DNA of 64,000 nucleotides, taken from NCBI GenBank assembly GCA_038231135.1, contig JBBRLX010000024.1, forward strand, positions 1 to 64,000, in the 5' to 3' direction. Shown one piece after another: positions 38,563-46,767 of the stretch. The position numbers and the translations under genes were made by a program. Source of the DNA: Candidatus Eiseniibacteriota bacterium (GTDB lineage: Bacteria; Eisenbacteria; RBG-16-71-46). How positions within the stretch are numbered: the stretch's first letter is position 1; every line of letters starts with the position of its first letter. The notes under the pieces were generated by a model. It did not search any database, was not told the DNA's origin, and saw nothing but the letters and a program-made list of their open reading frames with translations.

Positions 38563-39785
38563 TGATGCAAATCGACGAAACGATCGTCGTCGCGGTCGAA
38601 GCGCTGCGCGCCAACAAGCTGCGATCGTTCCTCACCATGCTCGGCATCGTGATCGGCATCGCGTCCGTCATTGCGATGGTCGCGCTCGGACGTGGAGCGC
38701 AGCAGTCGGTCAAGGACCGCATCTCGGCGCTCGGCACCACGCTGCTCACGGTCGTTCCGGGGCAGGCGCGTGTCGGCCGGATCGCGTCCGCGACCGATCG
38801 CGCGCCACTCACGATCGACGACGCGGCGGCGATCGAAAACGGCGCCTCGCACGTGCTGGCGGTGCAGCCCGAGATGTCCCGGCAGCTGCAGGTGCAGTAC
38901 GAGAATCGCAACACCAACACCACGATCACCGGCACCTCCGCGAACTACATCGACGTGCGCAAGTTCCAGATCGCGGGTGGGCGGATGTTCTCGCGCGCCG
39001 AGGACGCCGGGCGCCGGCGCGTCGCCGTGCTGGGCTGGCAGGTGCTGCAGGACCTGAACCTCGCGTCGCCCGAGGCGATCGTCGGCGAGCCGGTGCGGAT
39101 CAGCGGCGTGCAGTTCGATGTCGTGGGCGTGCTGGCTTCGAAGAGCGCGTCGGGCGGGTTCTCGAACCCCGACGACCAGGTGCTGGTGCCGATCCAGACC
39201 GCCCGCTACCGGCTGATGGGCAACGACCGCCTGCGCACGGTCAGCGTGCTGTCGCCGTCCGAGGACGAGATCCCGGTTACCATGGCCGAGATCCAGAAGA
39301 TCCTGCGCCGCGAGCACAGGTTGCGCACCGGCCAGGACGACGATTTCTCGATCCGCAACCAGTCGGACTTCCTCGCCACGCTCGGCGAGACCACCCAGGT
39401 GTTCACGCTGCTGCTCGCCGGCATCGCGGCGGTGAGCCTGCTCGTCGGCGGCATCGGCATCATGAACATCATGCTGGTGTCCGTCACCGAGCGCACCCGC
39501 GAAATCGGCATTCGCAAGGCGCTCGGCGCGACCCGCAAGAACGTGATGACGCAGTTCCTGATCGAGGCTCTGGTGCTGTGCCTGCTGGGAGGCGTGATCG
39601 GGGTCGGGCTCGGCAGCGGCACCGCGGTGCTGCTCAAGAACACGTTCCACTGGAACGCTGAAGTGGGATTGTCGTCGGTGATCGTCGCGTTCCTGTTCGC
39701 GGGGCTCGTGGGCATCGTGTTCGGCGTGTGGCCCGCGCGTCGCGCGGCGTCGCTCGATCCGATCGAGTCGCTGCGGTATGAATAG
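38562..39785 (+). CDS. MacB/FtsX-type ABC transporter permease (no fused ATPase)
   Basis: NKLRSFLTMLGIVIG, VGGIGIMNIMLVSVTERTREIGIRKALGA, LDPIESLRYE. Confidence 0.93.
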   Translation: MMQIDETIVVAVEALRANKLRSFLTMLGIVIGIASVIAMVALGRGAQQSVKDRISALGTTLLTVVPGQARVGRIASATDRAPLTIDDAAAIENGASHVLAVQPEMSRQLQVQYENRNTNTTITGTSANYIDVRKFQIAGGRMFSRAEDAGRRRVAVLGWQVLQDLNLASPEAIVGEPVRISGVQFDVVGVLASKSASGGFSNPDDQVLVPIQTARYRLMGNDRLRTVSVLSPSEDEIPVTMAEIQKILRREHRLRTGQDDDFSIRNQSDFLATLGETTQVFTLLLAGIAAVSLLVGGIGIMNIMLVSVTERTREIGIRKALGATRKNVMTQFLIEALVLCLLGGVIGVGLGSGTAVLLKNTFHWNAEVGLSSVIVAFLFAGLVGIVFGVWPARRAASLDPIESLRYE

Positions 39786-39824
39786 CGGGCGAAGCCGCTG
39801 ACCGACCCCAACCGGAACCCGCCC

Positions 39825-40454
39825 TTGACCGACCACGACCCTGGCTTCATCCATCGCTGGGTGCCGTCGCACGACATCCCCGACCGGACCACGCTGTTGC
39901 TACTGCACGGCACGGGTGGCGACGAGACCGACCTGCTGTCGCTGGGCAGGATGCTCCACGAGCGCGCGGCATTGTTGAGCCCGCGCGGCAAGGTGACCGA
40001 GAACGGCATGGCCCGGTTCTTCCGCCGGATCGCCGAAGGCGTGTTCGACGTGCCCGACCTCAAGGCCCGCGCCCAGGAGCTCGGCGACTTCGTGACGGCG
40101 GCGGCGGAGCGCTACGGGTTCGATCCAGCGCACGTCGTGGCGGTGGGATTCTCGAACGGCGCGAACATCGCCGCGGGACTGATGCTGCTGCGGCCGGACC
40201 TGTTCCGCGCCGCCGTGCTGCTGAGTCCCATGGTGCCGTTCGTGCCTGACCCGCTGCCCGCCCTGCCCGGCACGCCGGTGTTCATCGGCGCGGGCCGGCT
40301 CGACCCGGTGGCGACTCCCGACGGCACGCGGGAGCTCGGCGCACTGCTAGAGCGCGCGGGAGCCGAGGTCACGTTCCACTGGCACGCGGGCGCGCACATG
40401 GTGACGCCCGAGGAGATGGCCGCCGCACGGGAGTGGCTCCGCACTCGCGTGTGA
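39825..40454 (+). CDS. Alpha/beta hydrolase (MhqD-like carboxylesterase)
   Basis: LLLHGTGGDE, SPRGKV.ENG, GFSNGAN, GRLDP, GAH. Confidence 0.88.
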   Translation: MTDHDPGFIHRWVPSHDIPDRTTLLLLHGTGGDETDLLSLGRMLHERAALLSPRGKVTENGMARFFRRIAEGVFDVPDLKARAQELGDFVTAAAERYGFDPAHVVAVGFSNGANIAAGLMLLRPDLFRAAVLLSPMVPFVPDPLPALPGTPVFIGAGRLDPVATPDGTRELGALLERAGAEVTFHWHAGAHMVTPEEMAAAREWLRTRV

Positions 40455-40488
40455 TGCTGCATTCAGGGCCGGTGTGCACCGGGCCCGG

Positions 40489-41343
40489 TTACACGACTTC
40501 GACGCCCGGCCCCCGCTTCACCGCGCCGATGGCGGCCGCCCGCGCGTACAGCGTCTCGAGCGCGCGCCGGCCGAGTTCGCCCATGTCGAGCGTCCGCTCG
40601 TTCACGTACATGTGCACGAACTTCCGGCCGTTGCCGGTGTCGAGCCCGCGCCCGAACTGGAGCGCATAGGCGAGCGCCGCGTCCTCGTCGGCGTGCGCCG
40701 CCTCGATGCTGGCGCGGAATCCGACGCTGATCGCGCGCATCAGCTCGGGGCCGAGGTCGCGGCGCACGATGTCGAGGCCGAGCGGCACCGGCAGCCCGTC
40801 CCGGTCGCGCCACAGCTCGCCGAAATCGAGCACCTTGACGAGGCCTTCCTCGACGTACGTGAGCTGGCTCTCGTGGATGATGACGCCCGCCTCGACCTCA
40901 CCCGCGAGCACCGCCGCCGGAATCCGGTCGAACATCACCTCGACCGGCACCGCGTCCGGGCACTCGAGCCGCAGCAACAGCGCCGCCGTCGTGAGCGGCC
41001 CCGGAATCGCGACCCGTTTCCCGCGCAGCGAGTCGAGCGTGCGCGCCGTGCGCGCCACCACCACCGGACCGTAGCCGAATCCCATCGAGGCGCCGCAGGC
41101 CAGCACGGCGTAGCGGTCGGCGACGAACGCGTACGCGTGCGCGGACACCGCGGTGATCTCGAGGTCGGCGCGTTCGACCGCGCGGCGGTTGAGGCTCTGG
41201 ATGTCCTCGAGCACGTGCTCCACGTTGCAGCCCTGGATCCGGGCGCGGCCGGTGTGGAAACCGTAGAACATGTAGGCGTCGTCGGCGTCGGGACTGTGGC
41301 CGAAGCGCAGCGTGCGCAGCTCGGTCCCGGAGGAGGCAGTCAT
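40489..41343 (-). CDS. mqnD: 1,4-dihydroxy-6-naphthoate synthase
   Basis: GHSPDADDAYMFY, DIQSLN, GASMGFGYGP, AIPGPLTTA, IIHESQLTY, PVPLG, MYVN. Confidence 0.93.
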   Translation of the reverse strand: MTASSGTELRTLRFGHSPDADDAYMFYGFHTGRARIQGCNVEHVLEDIQSLNRRAVERADLEITAVSAHAYAFVADRYAVLACGASMGFGYGPVVVARTARTLDSLRGKRVAIPGPLTTAALLLRLECPDAVPVEVMFDRIPAAVLAGEVEAGVIIHESQLTYVEEGLVKVLDFGELWRDRDGLPVPLGLDIVRRDLGPELMRAISVGFRASIEAAHADEDAALAYALQFGRGLDTGNGRKFVHMYVNERTLDMGELGRRALETLYARAAAIGAVKRGPGVEVV

Positions 41344-41477
41344 TGCGCCAGCATACCCGACGGGGGTATCAACGCCGAATCTGTGCCGGGCGTTCCAACC
41401 ATTGACGCCCCACCCGGGTCCAACTCCCAGGCACCGACGCTGCCGGGCCATTCGAGCCCCAACCCTGGAGTCCCACC

Positions 41478-42623
41478 ATGACGTCCCGCGACCGAATTCG
41501 AATTGCCGCGTTCGCCACGATCGCCTGCCTTGGCGTGGGCGCGATCGCCTTCGCGCTCACCCCCGCCACCCCCGATTACGTCGCGCTGCGCGGCCAGTGG
41601 CTGCTCGACGCCGGCGACGGCGCCGGCAGCCTGCGCCTGTCGCTGCGCCGCGGAGTGCGCGGGCACTCCGAACTGTGGGGGGGCCGCGACGTCGAGCTGT
41701 CCCGCCTCGGACTCACCGCCACCGATCTCGCCCCCGGCGCCCACCCGGTCGAATTTCGCGTGCGCCGCGATGCCGGCGCGTTCGTCTGCCGCGGCACGAT
41801 CGACGGCGGCACCGGCGCCGGCACGTTCGAGCTGTCGCTCGATCCGGCGTTCGCCGCCGAGCTCGACCGCCGCGGGATCGGCGTTCCGACCGAGGACCAG
41901 CAGGTGCGGCTGGCGGTCGCCGACCTCGGGCTCCCGCTGCTCGACGAACTCGCCGCCGAGGGCTATCCGGCCCCGCGCGTCACCGCGCTCGTCACCATGG
42001 CCGGGCATGGCGTGGATCGCGAGTTCGTCCGCGGCCTCGGCGACCAGGGCTACCGCCTCGGCGCGCTCGCGGACCTGGTGCGCGCGCGCGACCATGGCGT
42101 GGATCCGGACTTCGTCCGCGAGCTGGCGGCGGCCGGCTACCGGAAGGTGCCGTTCGAATTGTTGATGCGCGCCCGCGACCACGGGGTGAGCGGCGAGTTC
42201 CTCGCCGCGTATCGCAAACCCGGCAACCGGAATCTGACGCTCGAGGAGCAGATCACGCTGCGCGATCACGGCGTCACGGGCGACTACCTGCAGGCGATGA
42301 AGGAGTACGGCTACGGCGCCGAGCCCATCGACGATTTGCGGCGCGCGCGCGATCACGGCGTCGACCCCGGCTACGTGTCCGGCATGGCGGACGCCGGATT
42401 CCGCAAGGTGCCGCTCGACCGGCTGATCGAGGCGCGCGACCACGGCGTCGACGCCGACTACGCGTCCGGCATGGCCAAGGCCGGGTTCCCGAAGGCGCCG
42501 CTCGACCGGCTGATTCAGGCCCGCGACCACGGCGTCGACCCGGCCTACGCGCGCCGCATGCGGGCGAAGCAAAACGATGCGACGCTGGAGGAGGTTATTG
42601 CCTGGCGTGACTCCGGCCGCTGA
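41478..42623 (+). CDS. Exported hypothetical protein with 29-aa tandem helical repeats
   Basis: GGAG SD, signal peptide; repeated RARDHGV. Confidence 0.8.
   Translation: MTSRDRIRIAAFATIACLGVGAIAFALTPATPDYVALRGQWLLDAGDGAGSLRLSLRRGVRGHSELWGGRDVELSRLGLTATDLAPGAHPVEFRVRRDAGAFVCRGTIDGGTGAGTFELSLDPAFAAELDRRGIGVPTEDQQVRLAVADLGLPLLDELAAEGYPAPRVTALVTMAGHGVDREFVRGLGDQGYRLGALADLVRARDHGVDPDFVRELAAAGYRKVPFELLMRARDHGVSGEFLAAYRKPGNRNLTLEEQITLRDHGVTGDYLQAMKEYGYGAEPIDDLRRARDHGVDPGYVSGMADAGFRKVPLDRLIEARDHGVDADYASGMAKAGFPKAPLDRLIQARDHGVDPAYARRMRAKQNDATLEEVIAWRDSGR
42006..42614 (+). repeat. Seven 87-bp / 29-aa coding tandem repeats
   Basis: HGV codons recur at 42006, 42093 and onward at 87-nt spacing. Confidence 0.85.
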
Positions 42624-42637
42624 ATCAACCAGCCGGG

Positions 42638-43768
42638 TCAGTGCTTCGAGGCGGTCTCGGCGGCGGCAAGGCCCCAGATTTCCGCGCGTAATCCGTCGAG
42701 GCCCTGGCCGGTGCGGGCGCTGACCACGTGGCAGCCGGGGTACTCGGCCCTCAAGCCGGCGGCGAGCATCTCGTCGGGGAGCAGGTCGATCTTGTTGAAC
42801 ACCAGCGTGGTCGGGCGCGGAGTGACGAGGATCTTCTCGAGCACCGCCTCGACCGCGATCATCTGCCGGCGGAAATCAGGGTCGGCGGCGTCCACCACGT
42901 GCAGCAGCAGGTCGGCTTCGATCGCCTCGACGAGCGTGCTGTGGAACGAGGCGACGAGATGATGCGGGAGCTTGCGGATGAAACCCACGGTGTCGGTCAG
43001 CAGGGCGACCTGGCGGTCAGGGCTCACCATCTGGCGCGTGGTCGCGTCGAGCGTCGCGAACAGCCGGTCCTCGACGAACACCTGCGAGCGCGTGAGGGCG
43101 TTGAACAGCGTGCTCTTCCCGGCGTTCGTGTACCCCACCAGCGCCGCCCGGAATTCCCGCCGCCGCCGACGGCGCTGAGTCTCGCGCTCGCGCTCCACGC
43201 TCTCGAGCTCGCCCTTGAGCCGCGCGATGCGCTCGCGCACCAGCCGGCGGTCGGTCTCGAGCTGGGTCTCGCCGGGGCCGCGGGTGCCGATGCCGCCGGC
43301 CTGCCGCTCGAGGTGCTTCCACATGCCGGTGAGCCGCGGCAGCATGTACTCGAGTTGCGCCAGCTCCACCTGCAGGCGCGACTCGCGCGAGCGCGCGCGC
43401 CGCGAAAAGATGTCGAGGATCAGCTCCGAGCGATCGATCACCTTGCGATCGAGCAGCTTCTCGAGGTTGCGGATCTGGGCGGGCGACAGATCGTCGTCGA
43501 AGATCACGACGTGCGCGTCGTGGTCGGCCGCCAGCGCCTTCACCTCCTCGACCTTGCCCTTGCCGATGAACGTCGCGGGATGGATCGTGCCGCGCCGCTG
43601 GGTGATGCGCCCCGTCACGGTAGCGCCCGCGGTGTCGGCCAGCAGCGCCAGCTCGTCCATCGAGCGGTCGAGCAGCGAGCTGTCGCGGCCGGCACGGCCC
43701 GAGTGACCGACCAGCACAGCGCGCTCCGATTCGGGCGGATGGACGATGTCGAAGTGCTTCGGCTTCAC
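42638..43768 (-). CDS. hflX: Ribosome-associated GTPase HflX
   Basis: IGKGKVEE, LSPAQIRNLE, GPGETQLETDRR, GYTNAGKS, LFATLD, DTVGFI, NKID. Confidence 0.96.
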   Translation of the reverse strand: MKPKHFDIVHPPESERAVLVGHSGRAGRDSSLLDRSMDELALLADTAGATVTGRITQRRGTIHPATFIGKGKVEEVKALAADHDAHVVIFDDDLSPAQIRNLEKLLDRKVIDRSELILDIFSRRARSRESRLQVELAQLEYMLPRLTGMWKHLERQAGGIGTRGPGETQLETDRRLVRERIARLKGELESVERERETQRRRRRREFRAALVGYTNAGKSTLFNALTRSQVFVEDRLFATLDATTRQMVSPDRQVALLTDTVGFIRKLPHHLVASFHSTLVEAIEADLLLHVVDAADPDFRRQMIAVEAVLEKILVTPRPTTLVFNKIDLLPDEMLAAGLRAEYPGCHVVSARTGQGLDGLRAEIWGLAAAETASKH

Positions 43769-44979
43769 GCGCGCGGCTCGATTTCGAGGTCGTAGGGCGC
43801 GGGAGTGTAGTTGTCGTAGCCGCCGTCGGCCCGCATCACCACCAGATCCTCGATGCGCACGCCGAGCCCGCGCGACGGGTAGTAGAGACCCGGCTCGATC
43901 GTCACCACCATGCCCGGCTCGAGCACCTGCACGTTGCTCGGCGGCCCGCCCAGCCGCGGCGCCTCGTGCACCGCGAGCCCCACGCCGTGGCCGAGGCCGT
44001 GCACGTAGCCCTCCTCGAGCCCCGGCCGGGAGCGCACCGTCTCGTGGCCGCGCGCCTCGAACACGTCGCAGGTCCGTTCCTGGTAGACGCGGCAGCGCTC
44101 GCCGGTCGCGAGCGAATCCATCACGGTGCGGAACGCGGCGTCGCAGTCGTCGTAGAGCTTGCGCAGCGCATCCGGCGCGCGTCCCATGCAGAACGTGCGG
44201 GTGAAGTCGCTGTGGTAGCCGCCGCCCGCCTCGCCCGGGAAGATGTCGACGATCACCGGCGCGCCGGCGCGCAACAGCTCGGCGTCGTCGCCACGGTTGT
44301 GCGGCACGCCGGCGTCGCGGCCCTGCGACACGATGCTCTCGCCGCCCTCGAGCCCGTCGGCGAGGAACTCGCGGTGCAGCAGCGTGCGCAGCTGCCCCAG
44401 CGTCACCGGACCCTGGCCGTTGCGGAAATGATCGCCGTCACGCGTGAGTCCCGCGAGGTGCCCGCGCAGTGCGCCGTAGGCGCGCACCACCGAGTCCGAG
44501 GCGCGGCGGATCGCGGCGAGCTCGTCGGCATCCTTCGTGGCGCGGGCGACCGCCAGCAGGTCGGGCAGCGTGCGATCGAGCGTGATGCCATCGGCGCGCT
44601 GCAGCAGCTCCTGCAGCAGCGCGTAGGCGAACCCCGCTTCGAGGTCGCCGAAGAACGCGATCGGCCCCCGCATGCCCATCGTGGCGAGCAGCTCCGCGAT
44701 CAGATCCGCGTGGCCCGCCGCCGAGCCCAGCTCGTCGACGCGCTGCATCCAGCGGTGCTGCGATAGCGTCGAATACTCGACGCCCGTCTTCACCGCGTCG
44801 TCGCGCTCCATCGGATCCACGACCAGGTGCGCCCGGCCGTCGGCAGACCGCAGATAGATCGCGCGGTGGAACTTGCGGCCCACGGCGTAGTAGAGCGCGG
44901 GGCAGTAGCGGTCGTTCGCGAACACCACCATGCCGGCGAGCCCGCGGTCCTTCATCAGTCGATCGAGATCACTTCGCAC
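43765..44979 (-). CDS. M24 family (Xaa-Pro) aminopeptidase
   Basis: VDIFP, YHSDFTRT, HGLGHGVGLAVHEAP, TIEPGLY, GVRIED. Confidence 0.92.
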   Translation of the reverse strand: MRSDLDRLMKDRGLAGMVVFANDRYCPALYYAVGRKFHRAIYLRSADGRAHLVVDPMERDDAVKTGVEYSTLSQHRWMQRVDELGSAAGHADLIAELLATMGMRGPIAFFGDLEAGFAYALLQELLQRADGITLDRTLPDLLAVARATKDADELAAIRRASDSVVRAYGALRGHLAGLTRDGDHFRNGQGPVTLGQLRTLLHREFLADGLEGGESIVSQGRDAGVPHNRGDDAELLRAGAPVIVDIFPGEAGGGYHSDFTRTFCMGRAPDALRKLYDDCDAAFRTVMDSLATGERCRVYQERTCDVFEARGHETVRSRPGLEEGYVHGLGHGVGLAVHEAPRLGGPPSNVQVLEPGMVVTIEPGLYYPSRGLGVRIEDLVVMRADGGYDNYTPAPYDLEIEPRA

Positions 44980-45029
44980 AGGGTCTCCGGGAGGGGTGAG
45001 GGTGGGGCGTCGATGCTAGCCCAGCGTTC

Positions 45030-45719
45030 TCAGCCGATCCAGCGGGGTTCGGGGGACCCGCGCTGCCGGATCTTCATCGCGACCCAGCCGAACGCGAAGC
45101 CGCCGATGTGCGCGAACCACGCCGTGCCGCCCTGCGCCGACCACGCCAGCGACAGCGCGCCGCTGAAGAACTGGATCACGAACCAGAACCCGAGCACGAT
45201 CGAAGCGCGGATCGACGCGATCTGGAAGAACGGGAAGAACGGAATCAACGTGGTCACCCGGGTGCCGGGAAACGCCACCACGTAGGCGCCCAGCACGCAT
45301 GCGATCGCGCCGCTCGCACCCAGGGTCGGCAGCGGCGAGATGGTGTTCGAGAAATAGTGGACGAGTCCGGCGAACAGGCCGCCGACCAGATAGAACAGCA
45401 GGTAGCGGCCATGGCCGAGCAGGTCCTCGACGTTGTCGCCGAAGATCATCAGGTACCACATGTTGCCGAGCACGTGGGCCCAGCCGCCGTGGAGGAACAT
45501 GGACGTGAACAACGTGACGAGCCCCGCCGTCACCGGTTCGTCCCCGGTCACGAACGCGGCGGTGATGCGCTGCGGCACGAGCCCCCAGGTCATCATGAAC
45601 TGCTTGAGATCCGGCCCCAGCAGCAGCTCGTACAGGAACACCCCGCAGTTGACGGCGATCAGGGCCCGGGTGACGTAGGGCGTGGTCCGGGTGGGGTTTT
45701 CATCGCGCAGCGGGATCAT
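45030..45719 (-). CDS. Rhomboid family intramembrane serine protease
   Basis: MIPLRDENP, MFLHGGWAHVLGNM, GASGA, WFAHIGGF. Confidence 0.93.
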   Translation of the reverse strand: MIPLRDENPTRTTPYVTRALIAVNCGVFLYELLLGPDLKQFMMTWGLVPQRITAAFVTGDEPVTAGLVTLFTSMFLHGGWAHVLGNMWYLMIFGDNVEDLLGHGRYLLFYLVGGLFAGLVHYFSNTISPLPTLGASGAIACVLGAYVVAFPGTRVTTLIPFFPFFQIASIRASIVLGFWFVIQFFSGALSLAWSAQGGTAWFAHIGGFAFGWVAMKIRQRGSPEPRWIG

Positions 45720-45796
45720 GACGAACCTTGGACGTTCCTTGGGACCCGCCGGGCCCCCGGCTTGGGGACTAAGGGACGAGCGGACGCAGCTTCTGG

Positions 45797-45825
45797 TTGA
45801 CGCTGGAGTTAGGGGTTTCTATGCT
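45797..45825 (+). promoter_or_regulatory. Sigma70-type promoter for trxA
   Basis: TTGACG-17 nt-TATGCT. Confidence 0.7.
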
Positions 45826-45969
45826 CGCAGGCTACCAGATCCCGCCGGACCGAAACGGCCCCTGTGGCATCCTAAGGGGTCGCGACCCAGGGCACCACAG
45901 CGGTCGCGACCAAAGGAATCCCAACGAGTTGGCAGTTCATCCCCGCGAGGACGTTCAGGAGGTGTTTCG

Positions 45970-46317
45970 ATGGGCAACGCCGTGGCTGTGACCGAACAGA
46001 ACTTCGAGGCCGAGGTGGTGCAGTCGAAGGTTCCGGTCCTCGTCGATTTCTGGGCAGAATGGTGCGGTCCCTGCCGCGCGATTGCACCCGCAGTCGAGGA
46101 GATCGCGACCGAGTACACAGGCCGCTTGAAAGTGGTCAAAGTGAACGTCGACGAGAATCAGGAAGTCTCGATCAAGTACAACGTGCGCAGCATTCCCACG
46201 CTGCTGGTGTTCAAAGACGGGAAGGTCGTGGAAACATTGATCGGCGCCTATCCCAAGCCGCAGTTGCTGGCGAAGCTCTCGCCGCACCTAATCGACGCCA
46301 ACAGCCGCCTCGGGTAG
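45970..46317 (+). CDS. trxA: Thioredoxin
   Basis: AGGAGG SD; VDFWAEWCGPC, RSIPTL. Confidence 0.96.
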   Translation: MGNAVAVTEQNFEAEVVQSKVPVLVDFWAEWCGPCRAIAPAVEEIATEYTGRLKVVKVNVDENQEVSIKYNVRSIPTLLVFKDGKVVETLIGAYPKPQLLAKLSPHLIDANSRLG

Positions 46318-46336
46318 GCCGAGTCGCCCGGGAACC

Positions 46337-46377
46337 CGGCCCGCGCGCCTCGACGGTGCGCGGGCCGTCGGTGTTTT
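46337..46377 (+). terminator. Probable terminator after trxA
   Basis: CGGCCCGCGCGCC / GGTGCGCGGGCCG hairpin then GTGTTTT. Confidence 0.55.
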
Positions 46378-46392
46378 CAACGAGGAGCATGA

Positions 46393-46767
46393 ATGAGTCT
46401 GCGACTGTTCGCCGGCAGCACCGAGCTGGGTACGCTCACGCCCGACGACATTCACTGGCCCCGCACCTACTATCACTTCGCGGCGGCCCCCGGCTACGAG
46501 AACGTGCGGAACTTCTTCGAGCTCCACCTGGGCTCGCGGGAGAGCCGGATCACGGATTTCGACGAGTTCCTCGAGCAGAGCCGGGCGCTGGACCTGCGCA
46601 TCGTGGACGAGGAGTCCGACACCACGCTGTTCATGGATGTGGTGTTCATCATGAACGGCAGCGAGGCGCTGATCCGCCAGGGCTTCCTCAGGCGCATCGA
46701 CGAGAAGGGCCACGTGAAGTGGGTGCGCCACGAGGACACCATGGACGCGCCCCAGATCGAGGATTGA
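46393..46767 (+). CDS. Hypothetical acidic protein
   Basis: GAGGAG SD, strongly GC3-biased codons. Confidence 0.75.
   Translation: MSLRLFAGSTELGTLTPDDIHWPRTYYHFAAAPGYENVRNFFELHLGSRESRITDFDEFLEQSRALDLRIVDEESDTTLFMDVVFIMNGSEALIRQGFLRRIDEKGHVKWVRHEDTMDAPQIED

Noticed and set aside
42006..42614. CRISPR-like periodic repeat
   Set aside because: In-frame degenerate protein repeats of 87 bp; no identical repeats with unique spacers; no cas genes
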